Notes under the pieces: generated by a model
Seen by the model: the letters and a program-made list of their open reading frames with translations, nothing else
Told to the model about the DNA's origin: nothing
The model's database searches: none
Made by a program: the position numbers and the translations under genes
DNA from: Candidatus Thorarchaeota archaeon
Lineage (GTDB): Archaea > Asgardarchaeota > Thorarchaeia > Thorarchaeales > Thorarchaeaceae
Assembly (NCBI GenBank): GCA_003345595.1
Contig: PRDI01000125.1
Location: 1-18,328, forward strand
Direction of reading: 5' to 3'
Length of the DNA: 18,328 bases
Shown: piece by piece, positions 17,224 to 18,328 of the stretch
Layout of the letters: each line of letters starts with the position of its first letter
Position numbering within the stretch: position 1 is the first letter of the stretch

Positions 17224-17281
17224 AGGCGCGGTCGCAAAGATCTGAACTGCGCTCGACGACCCTGCGAGGGTTGCTGGTCAT
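17206..17281 (+). promoter_or_regulatory. Eukaryote-like SECIS element
   Basis: Helix I GUGACCAGCAGC (17206-17217) with GUUGCUGGUCAU (17270-17281). Core AUGAA (17220-17224) with CGAC (17254-17257), giving tandem G.A pairs. Helix II GGCGCGGU (17225-17232) with ACUGCGCU (17246-17253). Apical AAA at 17236-17238. Confidence 0.85.
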
Positions 17282-17440
17282 GCTCCTTCTTCCGCTTCTG
17301 CTTGGCAGCTAGCTACGCGTGTAGTCTGTCATTTCAAAGGTCGGTCCGTGGAAGCCGGGACTTCCGGGATTATGTCCAAGGCTAGGTGGCCGAATTCCTT
17401 GTTCGCATTCGGCAGGTGTCGAGTTGAGATACGGCAATCT

Positions 17441-17454
17441 GGAAAGTATATATG
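17441..17454 (+). promoter_or_regulatory. BRE plus TATA box (GGAAAG-TATATA) for the LinD-like gene
   Basis: Purine-rich BRE followed by TATATA. GGTGA SD at 17501-17505 precedes ATG 17510. Confidence 0.6.
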
Positions 17455-17509
17455 TCACGCGTGCCGCGAGCATTGAAAGCCCTGAAACTCTGCCGACTTG
17501 GGTGATAGA

Positions 17510-18328
17510 ATGAGTAGCTACCTCAAGACCAACAAATTCATTGTGGCAGTCCTAGTTCTCTCCGTGATTATCGGAGGACTCACTTTCAGCAATCTGCCCG
17601 GACCAGCGACGCCCACGAGTGTCCAGACCGTTAATGGTGTGACCTACAACTTCGCAGACTACAACTCCTTGACCCATGAACAACTCGCCATTTTCAACTA
17701 CTTGAACACAATCGTCAGCCATGAGTATCAGCCATATGGGTCGTGGACTGGTTGGAATGCCGAGAACTTTGTAGGACTGCACCATTACGCCTTGGCGTTC
17801 ATGGCTTACGCTACTGCTAGCTTTTTTGAGTCAACTCCTGGATATCGCAGTGACTACTACAGGAATTTCGCTTATGACCTGATAGAGAAGATGAATACGA
17901 CCGAGGCACTGTGGCATAATGACTCTGTCGAGTTCAGAGAATGGGCTAATCCCGCCTATGGCTTCACTCAGTATCACTATCCAAACGCCACGAACTCTTC
18001 TGATCTGTATGTTGGCGGATTTCGTGGCCCGGCAAACATCATGTGGACAGGCCACTATGCTCTCATGATGGAGCTCTACGAGAGGAACTTCCTCCTGGGG
18101 AATATGACTAGCGAGATAGACTGGTTCGTCAGAGACTGGAACAACACCCTGACAACCGACGGATATGGGAACGCAAAGGAAGGAGGCATATTCGGTGTTG
18201 GCCTCATTCCATGTGAACCGTACATCGTGTTTGTCCAGTGCAACAGCATCCCTATCTATGCAACAGAGCTCTATGACAATCTCTATGGCACCCACTACAT
18301 GGAGGGTGGCATGTGGGACTATGGCCTC
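17510..18328 (+). CDS. Secreted or membrane-anchored linalool dehydratase/isomerase (LinD/Ldi)-like protein, truncated by window edge (absent from ORF track)
   Basis: 273 open codons. N-terminal hydrophobic FIVAVLVLSVIIGGLTF. Motifs HYALAFMAYATAS, NIMWTGH, CEPYIVFVQCNS and YDNLYGTHY resemble, as I recall them, Castellaniella LinD KYSIAFYAYGLAS, NIMYKGH, CEPDNYFVQCNS and YDRLHGTDY. Confidence 0.82.
   Translation, partial: MSSYLKTNKFIVAVLVLSVIIGGLTFSNLPGPATPTSVQTVNGVTYNFADYNSLTHEQLAIFNYLNTIVSHEYQPYGSWTGWNAENFVGLHHYALAFMAYATASFFESTPGYRSDYYRNFAYDLIEKMNTTEALWHNDSVEFREWANPAYGFTQYHYPNATNSSDLYVGGFRGPANIMWTGHYALMMELYERNFLLGNMTSEIDWFVRDWNNTLTTDGYGNAKEGGIFGVGLIPCEPYIVFVQCNSIPIYATELYDNLYGTHYMEGGMWDYGL

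Noticed and set aside
17221-17385. Readthrough of the second vhuU UGA giving a Cys-rich extension to TAG
   Set aside because: The extension resembles no protein I recognise, the sequence is explained by SECIS pairing, and VhuU length already fits.
672-18295. Numerous antisense or alternate-frame ORFs in the track (e.g. 6705-7268, 11781-12482, 17831-18295)
   Set aside because: They are shadows of well-supported genes and have no motifs of their own.
1-18328. CRISPR arrays, tRNA/rRNA, transposases
   Set aside because: None seen. The only long repeats are the hdrA paralog blocks and the degenerate Ig-domain repeats.

Overview
Archaeal chromosomal segment, most likely Asgard (Thorarchaeia-like; inferred, not proven). 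From left to right it carries: the 5' end of an aldehyde:ferredoxin oxidoreductase (minus strand), a membrane-anchored alkaline phosphatase with Ig-like repeats, a non-pyrrolysine MttB-family methyltransferase, an MBL-fold hydrolase, an HdrA/GltD fusion (HdrL-like), and a tightly coupled operon hdrC-hdrB-hdrA'-hdrA''-mvhD-wHTH-mvhG-mvhA(vhuA). The ORF track misses three genes: the edge-truncated AOR and the two covered in highlights 1 and 2. Highlights: (1) a ~50-aa VhuU-type selenoprotein (17071-17223; RCYDC-U-LSCAAH, UGA at 17137) supplies the C-terminal Ni-ligand motif missing from MvhA, and is followed by a eukaryote-type SECIS hairpin whose AUGA core is the gene's own stop codon; (2) a secreted linalool dehydratase/isomerase (LinD)-like protein runs off the right edge; (3) HdrA is split into complementary partners, with two alternative versions of one partner, one carrying an NAD(P)H module and one without.
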